From the NCBI GenBank assembly GCA_964016885.1, contig OZ024745.1, positions 116,188,001 through 116,252,000 of the forward strand: 64,000 bases of DNA, read 5' to 3'. Origin of the DNA: Eledone cirrhosa (Eukaryota). A program made the position numbers and the translations under genes. Positions 1 to 12,231 of this stretch are shown here, piece by piece. The notes under the pieces are model-generated. The model was given only the letters and a program-made list of their open reading frames with translations, searched no databases and was not told where the DNA came from. Numbering within the stretch: the first letter of the stretch is position 1; each line of letters begins with the position of its first letter.

Positions 1-563
1 ATTTACTAAGCTTTTGCCGTTGGAATTTCTTGTGCTGTTTTTAATGCTCACGAAACGCGACTCCCCTGGCAATTACAGTGGAATTTGGTCTTGTAGAAGG
101 ATGTATGCTCATTGTATACACAGGCCCTCCCCGAGACCGTTGTGATTTATGTGGTTAACTTATCGCTTGGACAGTTGCACATCGTGTGTTATATAAAAGC
201 CATGTGCAGGTATTCCCAGAGGTAATACCTTCTGCGGAGAACACGATAGAGCCAAGTCGTTATTGTAGAGCTTAATGGTTATTGAAGTGGAGACCAGTGT
301 TCATGAATACTTCAATAGTAAAAGCCTATAAACAGACAACCTCGAACAGCAAAACCATTGTAAGAGTCATAGAACACGCGGTGAAAGGAACCAGCATCTT
401 ATAACGTCCAGACTCCGGAGAGTGGGCGACTTCATGCTAGTGAAATGTTGGGTTTTTCTTTGTAAGTGGTGTAGAAGGTTTGTGAGATGGTATTTCAATT
501 ATCCGGTCAATAACTGTTAACATAGATTGCAACAATATAATAGATAAATATTATTATATATAT

Positions 564-758
564 GGGCGGTGGATTGGCAGTATCGGTAGAGGGTCTGACA
601 CCATGCTTTGAAGCAAAGAGTTACGGCCCTTTATGGTCTGAGTTCAAATCCCGCTGAGGTTAACTTTGCCTTTCATCCTTACGGGGTCGATAAAATAAAT
701 TACCAGTAATGTACTGCGTAATTGCTGGCCTTATGCCAAATGTAGAAACAATTATTAT
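564..758 (+). mobile_element. tRNA-derived SINE, family A (octopod OK-like), copy 1 of tandem pair
   Basis: A-box-like tggcagtatcggtag, B-box gagttcaaatcc, core actttgcctttcatccttacggggtcgataaaat, tail gtagaaacaattattat; more than 10 homologous copies in window. Confidence 0.85.
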
Positions 759-764
759 ATATAT

Positions 765-958
765 GGGCGGTGGATTGGCAGCATCGGTAGAGAGTCGGAC
801 GCCATGATTTCCAGCATAGAGTTATGCCCCTTTACGATCTGAGTTCACATCCTGCCGAGGTTAACTTTGCCTTTCATCCTTACGGGGTCGATAAAATAAA
901 GTGCCAGTAATGTACTGGGTAATTGCTGGCCATGTACCAAAAGTAGAAACAATTATTA
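765..958 (+). mobile_element. tRNA-derived SINE, family A, copy 2 of tandem pair
   Basis: Same layout as 564-758; attattatatatatgg occurs before, between and after the two copies. Confidence 0.85.
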
Positions 959-1574
959 TATATATGGGGATCATATAATATTTAATTATATCAGCATCTC
1001 AAATTATGGGCCAGTGTAATCAAAGAAACCTAATATTTTGAAGTATGAGTATTTCTTTTGATACTTGCTTCGCGCGAATCCCTTCTGAATTCTAGGATAC
1101 ATTTAACTTAGTTGGCCTTCATTAAAAAACTATATACAATGACGTCTATGAAATGAAATATGTAAAAAGAAGACGCAAGAAATTTTATAAACAAGTAATT
1201 ACCCGGAGAAATGAGTTTATAGAATGAGAAATAATTACGAACGAAACATTGTCATTTTAAACTATTGAACACGTCATATTAACTATAAAGTATCAGATGT
1301 AATGCTGAAGATTCATTTAAATTGAATATTTCTCGTTTTAATGCCTGATATCAAACATGTCAGGAATTACAATATAACAGGAATTACAATATAATTGGAA
1401 AATAGAAAGAAGAGAGGTTCAATTATTTATATAGATATTTATTTCTAAATTAAGGTAGAGTATAAATTATTCATTAATGTATGAACATTTACACACATTC
1501 TGAAGCACACATACACATAAAATATATATAAAGACCTACCAACGTAGAAAAAAATACAAGCCTATATATATTTT

Positions 1575-1850
1575 TTAAAGTGGTTACGATGCTGGAAACA
1601 AGTTCGTAAGAGAGTGAGTTGGATTTCCAGATCGGACTATGCGTTGTATCCTTGAGCAAGAAACTTTATTTCACGTTGCAACAGTACATTCATTTGGAAA
1701 AAATAGTTGTTTCATTAATTCAAGGAACCAACCTTGTAACATATTCTGAGAAATACGTTAAAAGATGCCCGTATATGTGGAATGCTCAGTCACTCGCACG
1801 TTAATTTCATGTGTAGTCAATTTCGTTGACTGAATCAACGAAATTGACTC
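1575..1850 (+). mobile_element. SINE family B (ttgagcaag..actttatttcacgttgc core), degenerate
   Basis: Aligns by eye with 50350-50670. Confidence 0.6.
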
Positions 1851-2835
1851 CGCATTTTCGGAATCGATGGAGGGCAAACGTATCTACATGTTGAACATAA
1901 AACTTTCTCTTGTAGTCTTCTGTGTGTTTCTCCTCACACTTCTATTTAATATTCATTCTTTTTGATAGTAAATATTTTTACATGGAAATGTATAGCTGAC
2001 TACACTATACGAAACGAATACCTACTTAGTTTATCGATTTCTGAATTTCTATAAGAATGTCTACAAGATTTAACATAGAACACTAAAATACTAATATCTT
2101 CTTTTTTTCTTTTTCATGTATCGCCATTTAAGGCCCTTCTTATCTGATAGGGATTTTCCCTATCTATAAGACATAATGTGATGGAAAACAGATGCATGCA
2201 TTTTTCTCATGGACACCTAATCTCTCTTGATAGTTCTTATTAGTCGTTTTGACAGCGTATTTCATATCTAATTGAGAGATTAGTGCTTTGAATTATGACA
2301 CTGCAGCTGCTATTTCCCATCCATGTACTTAAACACAGTTACTGAAATGATATACTATAAGAAGAGGAAATACTATTTTATTGGTTTGCATTACTGAGTT
2401 AACTGCAAAGGATTGACCTCCTATCATAGAATGAAACCAAACTTAGATAATTAATCATAATAACATGACAGATTTAATATATATTAATATATTCTAATAA
2501 CAATTTACAATATTTAGAGAAAACTAAGATAAATGAACTAAAGTGGTTTTCTTTATAATAAGATTTTAAAAAGACTTTGACATATTAGATTCACAAAACT
2601 TGATTGGAGAGACCAATATATTCCTTTGTGACACTACCACATGACCTGATACAAAGAGGATATATTTCCCCCTAAAATTATGATAAATTAATTTAAAATA
2701 TATATTTTTAATGTGTTACGTAGATTTAGAAATATTGCCTGAAATAATTAGTACATGGTCGCGTCTGGATTGTCTTCGGCCTTAGAAACAACATATGGAA
2801 CTAGATATCGGAATCAACACATTCAGTAGACAACA

Positions 2836-2924
2836 TTCTTCTTCTTCTTCTTCTTCTTCTTCTTCTTCTTCTTCTTCTTCTTCTTCTTCTTCTTCTTCTT
2901 CTTCTTCTTCTTCTTCTTCTTCTT
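2836..2924. repeat. (TTC)n microsatellite, i.e. expanded (GAA)n 3' tail of the adjacent minus-strand RTE LINE
   Basis: Pure ttc repeat directly abutting cgcccacttattcc, the RTE 3' terminus. Confidence 0.9.
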
Positions 2925-4195
2925 CGCCCACTTATTCCTGAGAGGGTCGTGGCGGCGGCAGAGTCCCCAAACACTCTTTCCAGCGGGTTCTATCAGAAGC
3001 AACCATCTCCAACTGATCCAACAGGATCCAGAGGCGAAACCAGTGAAGCTCATGGATCGTATTCAACCATCTTGTTCTGGATCTCCAGTTGGTTGTGTAC
3101 CGTAAAATCTATCCAGCGATTATTTCCTGAGACATCTAACTACCTGCCCATAGTATCAGAGCTGTGATATTTTCTTCTGCGCCCACTTATTCATGAAAGG
3201 TTCGTGGCGACAGAGTCCTCATACACTCAATCCAGCGGGTTATGTCAAAAGCAACCGTCTCTAACTGTTTCGGGTGGATCCCCAAATGAGATCAGCCAAG
3301 CTCCTGGATGTTATCCAACCATCATGCTCGAGGACCACACCTGGGTCTCCTGCCGGTTGGTTTTTCCCGTTAAATTAGTCCAGCAATTATTTCCTAATAA
3401 CCACATGCCCATAATATCGGATCTATGATATGTCAATTCAGAGAAGTAGTGGCTCTACCTGGAGTGACACTCTGACCTACGCACTCTATCGAGTAACATT
3501 GCTCCAATGCGCCTTTAAAGGAACCCTTTTTTAGCCGCTTGTATTCGCAATCGCATTTTTCCGACTTTATCCAATATTCATGACCATAGTTAAGGATTGG
3601 AAAGAATAGCGAATTGAAAACAGTGTGTTAGAATTTTACGGCTACCTCGCTTCTTCTGATTACTGAATGCTGAAACTGGCGCATTACTGCACCAGCTCCT
3701 ACAATTCTTGCAATTAAATCAGCCACCTGCCTTCCATTAGTCATGGACACGGGCCCGAGATACTTGACCTTCTTTACCTACTTCAGTGGAACTCCGTTCA
3801 CATGGAAAGTGCACTGCGCAGGCTTCCCTGAGAGAACGAGGGTCTTAGTTTCCAGCCATGCAGCACTCAATATTAAACCTCTCAAATGGAAGTCGGAGAT
3901 CACATTTTTTCGAGTTAAGTAACACCATGTCGTCTGCAAGTTCCAGTCGACTGATTTTACACCCACCAGTCATAATATCATTTACAACCCGGCTTCGCAT
4001 GTCAATCCTGTTCGTGTAAATAATGAACAGCAGAGGTGACTCTATGCACCCTTGGTGGAGTCCAACTCCCACATTGAATGGTTTCGATTTAGTCCCATTT
4101 ATCCGAACACAAATACTTGGGCATTTTTATAGAGACATCTGGGCAACTAGGAATCGAACATCGATCCTATACACCTACAGAACCTTTCGCTGCAG
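2925..4195 (-). mobile_element. RTE-clade non-LTR retrotransposon remnant (RT plus 3' end, with two diverged 3' ends in tandem)
   Basis: GVGLHQGCIESPLLFIIY...LADDMVLL RT motifs (3845-4072); 3' terminal segment present twice (2925-3170 and from 3172); stops and frameshifts. Confidence 0.85.
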
Positions 4196-4198
4196 GTC

Positions 4199-4419
4199 CC
4201 CAGATGGTTCCAAAATTGATGGGATGTTTGCCCGGGATCAAAGATCTTAAGTGGTAATAGGACAGTGTATGTGCGTGCGCGTGAGTTTGTCGGTGTTCTT
4301 AAACGTTTCTCTAATTTAAGAACACCGACAAACTCACGCGCACGCACATACACTGTCCTATTACCACTTAAGATCTTTGAGGCCGGGCAAACATCCCATC
4401 AATTTTGGAACCATCTGGG
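4199..4419. repeat. Near-perfect fold-back: 105-bp arms, 11-nt loop
   Basis: 4199-4303 is the reverse complement of 4315-4419 with 2 mismatches. Confidence 0.97.
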
Positions 4420-4810
4420 TTATCCTGAATTGATGAGAAAAGACTTGACGGTCTTACTCTGTGCTCCTGGTGAAGAGGCAGGTGCCTTACCTGGGACGTT
4501 ACAGTTAGTGACTCTTCCTTCTTCCCACATTCTGGATGCAGTGTTAAGGTCGAGAGCTACAACATCCGCAGCTGAGAGGAGCAAAATCCTAAAATACCGT
4601 GTTGTGTCAGCTAAATACATTATTCAGCCTGTGGCGTTCGAGACGTTTGGGGGAGTCGGGCTACTGACAGCGAGATTCTTATTTTCACTGGCGGCTCGTT
4701 AACAGAGGTAACTGGTGATGCTCGTAAGGGCATTTGGTTTTTCCAGCACCTCAGCGTCGCCATAAACCCAGGTAACGCTGCGAGCGTGCTGGCCTGCCTC
4801 AAAAATTATC
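4366..4810 (+). mobile_element. CRE-type non-LTR retrotransposon 3' fragment (restriction-like endonuclease)
   Basis: Across frames: IPSILEPSGLS*IDEKRLDGLTL..W*RGRCLTWDVTV ... AAERSKILKY ... QPVAFETFG ... FFQHLSVAINPGNAASVLACL. Confidence 0.85.
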
Positions 4811-4989
4811 AGAGAGGTTTCCCAGTGCTCCTCGCTATATTGCTATCTTTTGCTCTGGTAGCGGCTCGTTTTCCACTCTTTCGTCTGCATTTGGTTCTAT
4901 ATGGTCTATGTGGTCTAAGATGTGTGTATTACGTGCTTGTATATTTTTCTCTTCCTTTTTTTCTTACCCTTTCCTTTGTATATATTATA

Positions 4990-5175
4990 TTGAATTGGCA
5001 CTATCGGTAGAGGGTCGGATGCCATGCTTTCCAGCATAGTGACGCCCCTTTACGGTCTGAGTTCAAATCGCGTCGAGGTTAAATTTGCCTTTCATCCTTA
5101 CGGGGTCGTTAAAATAAAGTACCAGTAATGCACTGGGATAATTGCTGGCCTTATGCCAAAAGTAGAAACAATTAT
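4990..5175 (+). mobile_element. SINE family A
   Basis: Full head-core-tail match to 564-758. Confidence 0.85.
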
Positions 5176-5319
5176 ATCTGTTAGTGTTTTCGTTCTGTAA
5201 CCATTATTTTAAATGAGTTTAAAAAAAATAAGCGTTAGTAAATAAATAAAGAGTTAATAAATAAATAAAACGTTATACTTGTTTTACCTTCCCATTTCCA
5301 CTTCACCGAACGCTATCAT

Positions 5320-5620
5320 GACTGTATGCGTGTGTTTGTGTAAATGTATATGTCTGAATGTATGTATGTTTTTGTGAAAGTATGTGTGAATGTATGTATA
5401 TTTGTGTGAAAGTATGTATTTTGAGTAAATGTATGTGTGAATCTATGTATATTTATGTGAAATTATGTTTATTTGTGTGAAAGTCTGCGTGAATGTATGT
5501 ATATTTGTGTGAAAGTATGCGTGAATTTACGTATATTTGTGTGAATCTATGTGTATTTGAGTAAATGTATAAGTATTTGTGTGAATGTATGTCCGTGTAT
5601 TTTTATAAGTTTGTGTTTGC
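5320..5620. repeat. Degenerate (gtgtgaaagtatgtatattt)-like minisatellite
   Basis: Repeated gtgtgaaagt/gtgaatgtatgt units. Confidence 0.7.
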
Positions 5621-6213
5621 GCGATTAAAGTTATATACTCATAATAGTTATATACTCATACATATAGATGTATGTACTTGCACACTCATACGCTTCAGCG
5701 TGTATGAAATCATGATCTCTGATCACAAACTCTCTTTTTCTATATATATGGTAGTTGAAGTGGTGGTGGTGGGGACGATATACCGGAAGTGTAGAAATAT
5801 GAATGAAAATTTGAAAAGAAGTCAATTTTAAATTATTTATGTTTACGAAATTTAGTTTCGAAATTTAGGATATAAATTATGTACTATTCCTTCATTATTG
5901 TAATCCAACTTATTTTACTAACTGCAGTCCCGCAGACCTTCCTTTATTTTAGTTTAGATTTAGCACAATCAGTTTTACGGAGAATTGAAACCACATTATT
6001 TAATCAGTCAGTCATTTACACAGATGTGACTCATTATCTTTGAATTCCCGTATTTTTAAAATATCGTATATTAATATTTTTAAAAGATATAATTGTGTGT
6101 AAATGAGTTGAATTATTACAACACATTTATATATTTGTTTACATTTTATTGTTTCATGCTCTATTTTCTCATAAATGTTTAATGATACAAAACAACATGA
6201 AATAGGTTTAATA

Positions 6214-6395
6214 ATAATTGTTTCGACTTTTGGCATAAGGCCAGCAATTATCCCAGTGCATTACTGGTACTTTAATATATCAAGATTTTCATATGATTAG
6301 TTTATTGTAAACTAATTGTTTCTACTATTGGCACAAGGCCAGTGATTTTTGGAGAAAGGAAAGTATATTACTGGTACTTTATTGTATCGACACCG
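6214..6395 (-). mobile_element. Two 5'-truncated SINE family A tails
   Basis: aattgtttc..ttggca.aaggccag..ttactggtacttta at about 6214-6272 and 6314-6395. Confidence 0.7.
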
Positions 6396-7159
6396 TTTAT
6401 GTGTTTTACGCGTTTTACGCAGACATGATTTCTGCGATTTTGAGTAGGATTTTTTTTCTTCGAACGTATGTGAAGTGGTTTGACAGACAATGAGGTAAAA
6501 GTCTTATTACATTGATCGAAGTCCCTGCAGGAAACGTAACAATCCATGCAGCCATTGACATAAAACCTTCTTTTAATTATGAATTTTAAGTTTTATGAAT
6601 TTTTATTTTTATTTTTGTCTGCACCGCCCAAAACTGGAGGGTTCGGACTCTGACAGAAAAAAACATGAGTGAAAGAGAGAGAGAGAGGGTCGGTGAATGT
6701 GTGATGTGGGTGGGTGTGTGGGTCTGAGTGTGTGTATGAGTGTGCGTGCGTACGAGAGAGGGGTAGAGGGGGGCAGAATGTGTGTGTGTGTGTGTGTGAA
6801 TGTGTGTGCGTGCGTGAGAAAGAGAGAGAGAGAGAAAGTGGGAGAGTCAAAGCGTGCCTGAGGGAGACATAGATGAATACACCAATGCAGAAAGGGACAG
6901 CGAGACCTGAATAGAGTCAGTGAGATTGAGGAGGAAAAATAAGAGACAATTTAACGTCAATTATGAATCCACTGGTGCCAAACGTAGAAACAATTATGAA
7001 TCCACTTGTATTATTAGTTTTCACAACCCCGGTTATAGCACAGGGGAAACTCCGAGGTTCAGGGTTCGGGGTCTCCCACTACAACGATGTCGCTCTGCCA
7101 ACCTAATTATATTCCGTCTTCTCCAGCTGCATCTTTATCTGCGAGATTCTCTACAAGAT

Positions 7160-7667
7160 ATCAGGACCAGATGTTGACAGGGATCTGGAATCAGCTCTGG
7201 CCAATGGGGTTGAAGATGTTCACAACGGCACCCTATATTTAGGGCAACAACGTGATTGGTACGACATGAAGTGCAGGTCAATCTTCAGGCCGATCAGTGG
7301 CTTCACTTGGTCTCGCCTGCTTCCCGTCTGCCTCGCGGTCAAACAGCGGTAAGTGACTCAATTTGCTGCCCCCTTTAACAAATGGGACCCTACTTGATGA
7401 TGAGTGCATCAGCATCTATGTGGTCCGTTGTTAGGTCATTAGATTCACACAAATGTCGTTGTGGAACAATGCTCTATAAGCTCCGGTTACACATTCTCTC
7501 TTGTCGTCACTGTGCAGGTTGAAATTATTGACATGTGGCCCTGAACGATGCCGCCAGAAGGAGCATTGATGCTGCCGGTTTCCCATGACAACTGGACCTT
7601 GCTTGTTTCAAGCGTAGTGATGGCAAGCGCCCAGACGAGATAACCATTTCTCCGTATCGGAGGAGTA
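7160..7667 (+). mobile_element. CRE-type non-LTR retrotransposon fragment (zinc knuckle plus start of REL endonuclease)
   Basis: LNLLPPLTNGTLLDDECI, CRCG..HILSCRHCAG..HVALND and SDGKRPD motifs in degraded frames. Confidence 0.75.
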
Positions 7668-8362
7668 GCGTCTTCGTATTCACCCACTTATTCCTGAAAA
7701 TGATGGGGGGGGGGAATTCTTAAACACTTCTAGCAAGTCTTGTCAGAAGGAACCGTCTCGAACTGATCTCACTGCATCACCAAGCGAGACCAGCCAAGCT
7801 CATGGATGTTATCCAACCAACGTTTTTGGTCTCCTTCTGGTTGGTTTTTCCCATAAAACCTGTCCAGCGGTTCATTCATGCGACATTCTAAACACATGCC
7901 AATACTATCCTAGCTGTGATCTCTCAATTTGGAGAAGTAGGGGTTTTAACTTGACTGATTCTATGATCTCTGAAATACGAAATTTATCGAATAATAGTAC
8001 TCCAAAGGCCCTTCGATGGAATCCCATTTCAGGCGCTTGTATTCGCGATCTTATTATTTCGGTCATTACCCAAGATTCTTGAGCATAGATAAGGCTGGAA
8101 TGAACACTGAATTGTAGACAGCGAGTTTGAATTTTACACCTACCTACCTTCTTCGGAGTACAGAATGCTGAAGCTGGTATATTACTGCACCAGCTCCTGC
8201 AATTCTTGCACTTAATTCTGCCTTCCATCACTCGTAAACATGGCCCGGAGATACTTAAACTTCTCTACCTGCTTCAATGAATCTCCATTTACATGTAAAG
8301 TGCACTGTGCAGGCTTTCTTGTCGGGCGAGTGTCTTAGCTTTCGAAGTAGTGATTTTCACTG
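7668..8362 (-). mobile_element. RTE-clade LINE 3' fragment, same family as 2925-4195
   Basis: SSLIYAQESWVMTEIIRSRIQAPEMGFHRR...LLLQIERSQL; 3' end similar to 2925-3170. Confidence 0.85.
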
Positions 8363-8363
8363 G

Positions 8364-8395
8364 AGAAGAAGAAGAAGAAGAAGAAGAAGAAGAAG

Positions 8396-8424
<29 letters not shown>
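8364..8424. repeat. (GAA)n microsatellite
   Basis: Pure gaa repeat. Confidence 0.95.
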
Positions 8425-8426
<2 letters not shown>

Positions 8427-8933
8427 CCATAAACACACAAACATGCAAAATTCACAAAAACATTTTACGTACTAACAAAAAAGCAAAGGAAGCAGCATCC
8501 GGAGGACTGTTTATCTCTGTTTTACTAATTGAAATATGTGGAATCTATGACTAATTATATCTTACTCGGGGCTATTAGCTTTGTAGTTTAAATTAAATGA
8601 AATCTCAAGCTTCTACATTTATCATATTATAGCTATATATAAATATTTATTTTCAGTTTACGCCACATATTTATATATGAGGCATATAATTAATTGAATT
8701 GGATTAATTTAAAGTTCGTTATTTAATATCTCCTAGCAGTGTGTCCTGTTTTTACATGTGGCACCCTATATCCATCTGAATATCTCTGCATATTACATTG
8801 ATTGGATTTGATTTATACTTAGTGCAAATAGGTGCATATATAAATGAATATATATATATTATTCAAGTATTCCCAATCTTTATATATATATATATTATTC
8901 CTTATTCCCAATCTTAGTTCCCAAATACAGGAA

Positions 8934-9035
8934 GTATGTATGTATGTATGTATGTATGTATGTATGTATGTATGTATGTATGTATGTATGTATGTATGTA
9001 TGTATGTATGTATCTATGCATGTATGTGTGTTGGG

Positions 9036-9070
<35 letters not shown>
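8934..9070. repeat. (TATG)n plus (TA)n compound microsatellite
   Basis: Direct reading. Confidence 0.95.
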
Positions 9071-9078
<8 letters not shown>

Positions 9079-9371
9079 ACGTTTTTGTATTTCTTTTGCA
9101 AGATTCTTCATGTGGAATCATGTGCTGAATTATATTATTATATTTAGGGATGGTCATTTTACCAATTTTGTGAAATAAGGAAAGTGGAATAAAAGGATCA
9201 AGTACTAAAAGAAGAGGAGTCAGAGAGAGGATGTAGAAATTGTCACTGGAGAAGTCATAGAAATTGTGACGTAAGAACATTGACGAACCAATCAAAATCT
9301 AATAACAAAACTGTGAAAATTGAATTGTGTGTGTGCTTTTGTTTGTAAAATGGCCATCCCCAAATATAACA

Positions 9372-9424
<53 letters not shown>

Positions 9425-9429
9425 GGAAA

Positions 9430-10200
9430 AGTAAATAACAACAACAAGGGGTACAGTACGAAAGGTGTTAGGTATTAAATTCACGCTTGAGAGTGGTTGG
9501 TGGGGAGACGTTTCACGAGGAGAATGGTGGGAAGGAGAGAAGTTCCGAGAGGGTGTGAGGGGAGTGGTGGAAAAACATTAAAATAATAGGAAAAAAATTA
9601 AAATAAAGGGAAACAAATAAAAATAAAAATAACACACGAGTGGGACAATAAGTTGAAAACAAGTAGTGAAAGGGTGTGAGGCGTGTAGGGGTGGTAGTGG
9701 GTGGATTGAGGGGGAGGGGTAGAAGGAAATTGGATGTCCGAGCGGTAAGGGCGGAAGGCGGTGTGTGTGCGTGTATGCGTGGATGTGAGTGTGAGAGTTT
9801 GGGAGAGAACGAAGTTCCATGCTTGGGTTTTAGGGAAACCAGTGTGTACATTGTGGTGGGGTGTAAGTCTGTGTGTGTGTATGTTGAGAGGTTGGATGGG
9901 GTGGAGGAGAGGTAGCTACGGATTCCGGAGGGGAGAGATATATGCTGGTGTGTGTTCGTGTGTGCGTTGTGAGGGGGAAGGTGGTTTGGGGCGGGGGGTT
10001 AGTATTATTAGTGGTGGGGTGGTCGAATGTGGATGTGTGGGTGTGAGTTGGTGGTGGTAGAAGGGTGTGTGAATAGTGTGAGTGTATATATATACTGGTG
10101 TGTGTGTGCATATTGAGGGTTTGGGTGCGTGTGTGGTAGGGGAGTGGGTTGGGGCTGTTAGTATTATTAGTGGTGGGGTGGACATATATATAAGGCTCAT
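9430..10200 (-). mobile_element. Probable PLE 3' UTR / pseudo-LTR remnant
   Basis: ttcacgcttgagagtg..tggggagacgtttc shared with 28455-28520; long CA/CC-rich upstream region on minus strand with an internal duplication. Confidence 0.4.
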
Positions 10201-10214
10201 AATATAGGCGTATA

Positions 10215-10855
10215 TAACTAGACATGAAAAATGCGCAAGCTCAAAAGAACCACAGAATGTTAAAATAAACCTTCAAAAGTGTGGGACTAGAGTTGTTGCT
10301 CAAAAATATTGTAATCATTATCTATCGTACATTCTGTGGCATCCTTTTATATAAAAGAGACTCATAACGAACTCAAGACGACACGATAATTATTTAAGCT
10401 AATGTTCAATATCTCATATTAGATGTTTAGTAATGATTAATACGAAATGCACTTAAACCGAATTCTATATTATAAATTCACTTAAATAATTATCGTGTCG
10501 TCTTGAGTTCATTATGAGTCTCTTTTTTATAAAAGGATGCCACAGAGTGTACGATATATAATTGTTTCTACTTTAGGCACAAGGCCAGCAATTATCCAGT
10601 GCATTACTGGTACTTTATTTTATCTACCCCGTAAGGATGAAAGGCAAAGTCAACCTCGGCGGGATTTGAACTCAGATCGTAAAGGGACGTAACTATGCTG
10701 GAAAGCATGACGTCCGACCCTCTACCGATACTGCCAATCCACCGATAGATAATGATTACAATATTTTTGAGCAACAACTCTAGTCCCATACTTTTGAAGG
10801 TTTATTGTAACATTCCGTGGCGCTTTTGAGCTTGCGCATTTTTCAGGTCTAGTTT
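10215..10855. repeat. Fold-back element with about 180-bp arms; right arm interrupted by a SINE
   Basis: 10215-10398 is reverse-complementary to 10481-10557 plus 10743-10855. Confidence 0.9.
10558..10745 (-). mobile_element. SINE family A with TSD
   Basis: Full-length; flanked by cgatatataat / cgatagataat. Confidence 0.9.
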
Positions 10856-12231
10856 AATATTTTTTAAGGCAACGCTTGTAATAACTCTAGTTAAACATGA
10901 TATATATTAATAATAAATTATTGTTGTAATGTCATTAGTTTATACAATTGTTAGTTTATAAATGATCTTATAAATATTGTAAGATATATAAAAATATTTT
11001 CAGACTTTTAATAGTTAATATAAATTTAAAAAATCATATATAAATTAACAATATAACTTACCAAAACGAGAAAAATATTTTGATGATAAAACGACGAAAT
11101 ATTGGAGGAAGATTCGAAAGCGAAACGATAAATAAACGTGCAAACAAAGTGGCGGATGCTTTTGAGCAACAATTACTCTCGTTGGTTGATTAGCCAATAA
11201 GACGATGAAATTAACCAGTAAGACGATACATTACAAAAGATGTTTGGGAGGGATCACCACGGTCAGCGATACCCCTTGAAATTTTTATTCACAAGCTACG
11301 CCTTTATGTCATCACACATGTCACACACACACAGACACGCAGACTTAAAACATTCTGTTGTTAGTCACTGCATGTCTAACAGATACAGGCTGTGAGTATA
11401 AGATATACATCTATATTTTCTGAATCTTTCCCTCCCCTTTCATGTTGCCTGTATGTGTATGTGTGTAATACTTATTTGAAATGGATTATGGAATAATGGA
11501 AATATTTTACATCCACGCCTTTGTAGGTCCAACTTCAAATAATGATTTATTAAAAAATAAATTTAATAATACTAATTTTCTCAAAAGCCTTACAATATCG
11601 CTCCATTAAAATATCCTAAACCTCTCTCGCTTATTAATTTCACCGGGTACTTGCACAAAGGTTTATTATTGGGTTCATCTTATTCATTATTTAGTCTAAG
11701 GTGAAGGGCAAGTTTATAACATACACTCTGTTTATCATATATGATATATACTGACTGCAGGAAGCGGACAGCTCTTGTTTTATATTTCATTTTATATTTC
11801 ATAATTCCGTGCCTTAATAAATGGATTATCTATAGAGAACATTTATGTTGGTTCATATTTAAAGCAATACAGTTTACTCTTCAAAACCTGAACTCAATAC
11901 TGCAGCCAAAGACTTATTTACCACTGTTCTACAATGACCTTGTTTACACCATCAATTATTTTCTACCTTCAGTTTTCATACATTGAAATTCATGACGGCT
12001 TAGTGTTAAGACACAATCGAAGGGAAAACTGAAGATGTCAAAATTCAAGTATTACTTCTGTCTTATATATGTAACTCGTACCTCGTAAAATCACCTGAAA
12101 ATAGAGTTGTTAAATAGGTAAGAACAGAGAGTGCAATATAGTTCTAACAAAGTTTCTAGTATTTGATATTTTCCAGGAAAGTTAAATAGGATCGCAGAAG
12201 ATGTTAGGTATTAAAGTAGATCTAAAAGGTC

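Noticed and set aside
1-480. Higher-GC segment at window start
   Set aside because: No open frame or motif recognised; truncated by the window edge.
564-660. tRNA gene
   Set aside because: A and B boxes belong to SINE heads; no cloverleaf or terminator, and they are followed by the SINE core.
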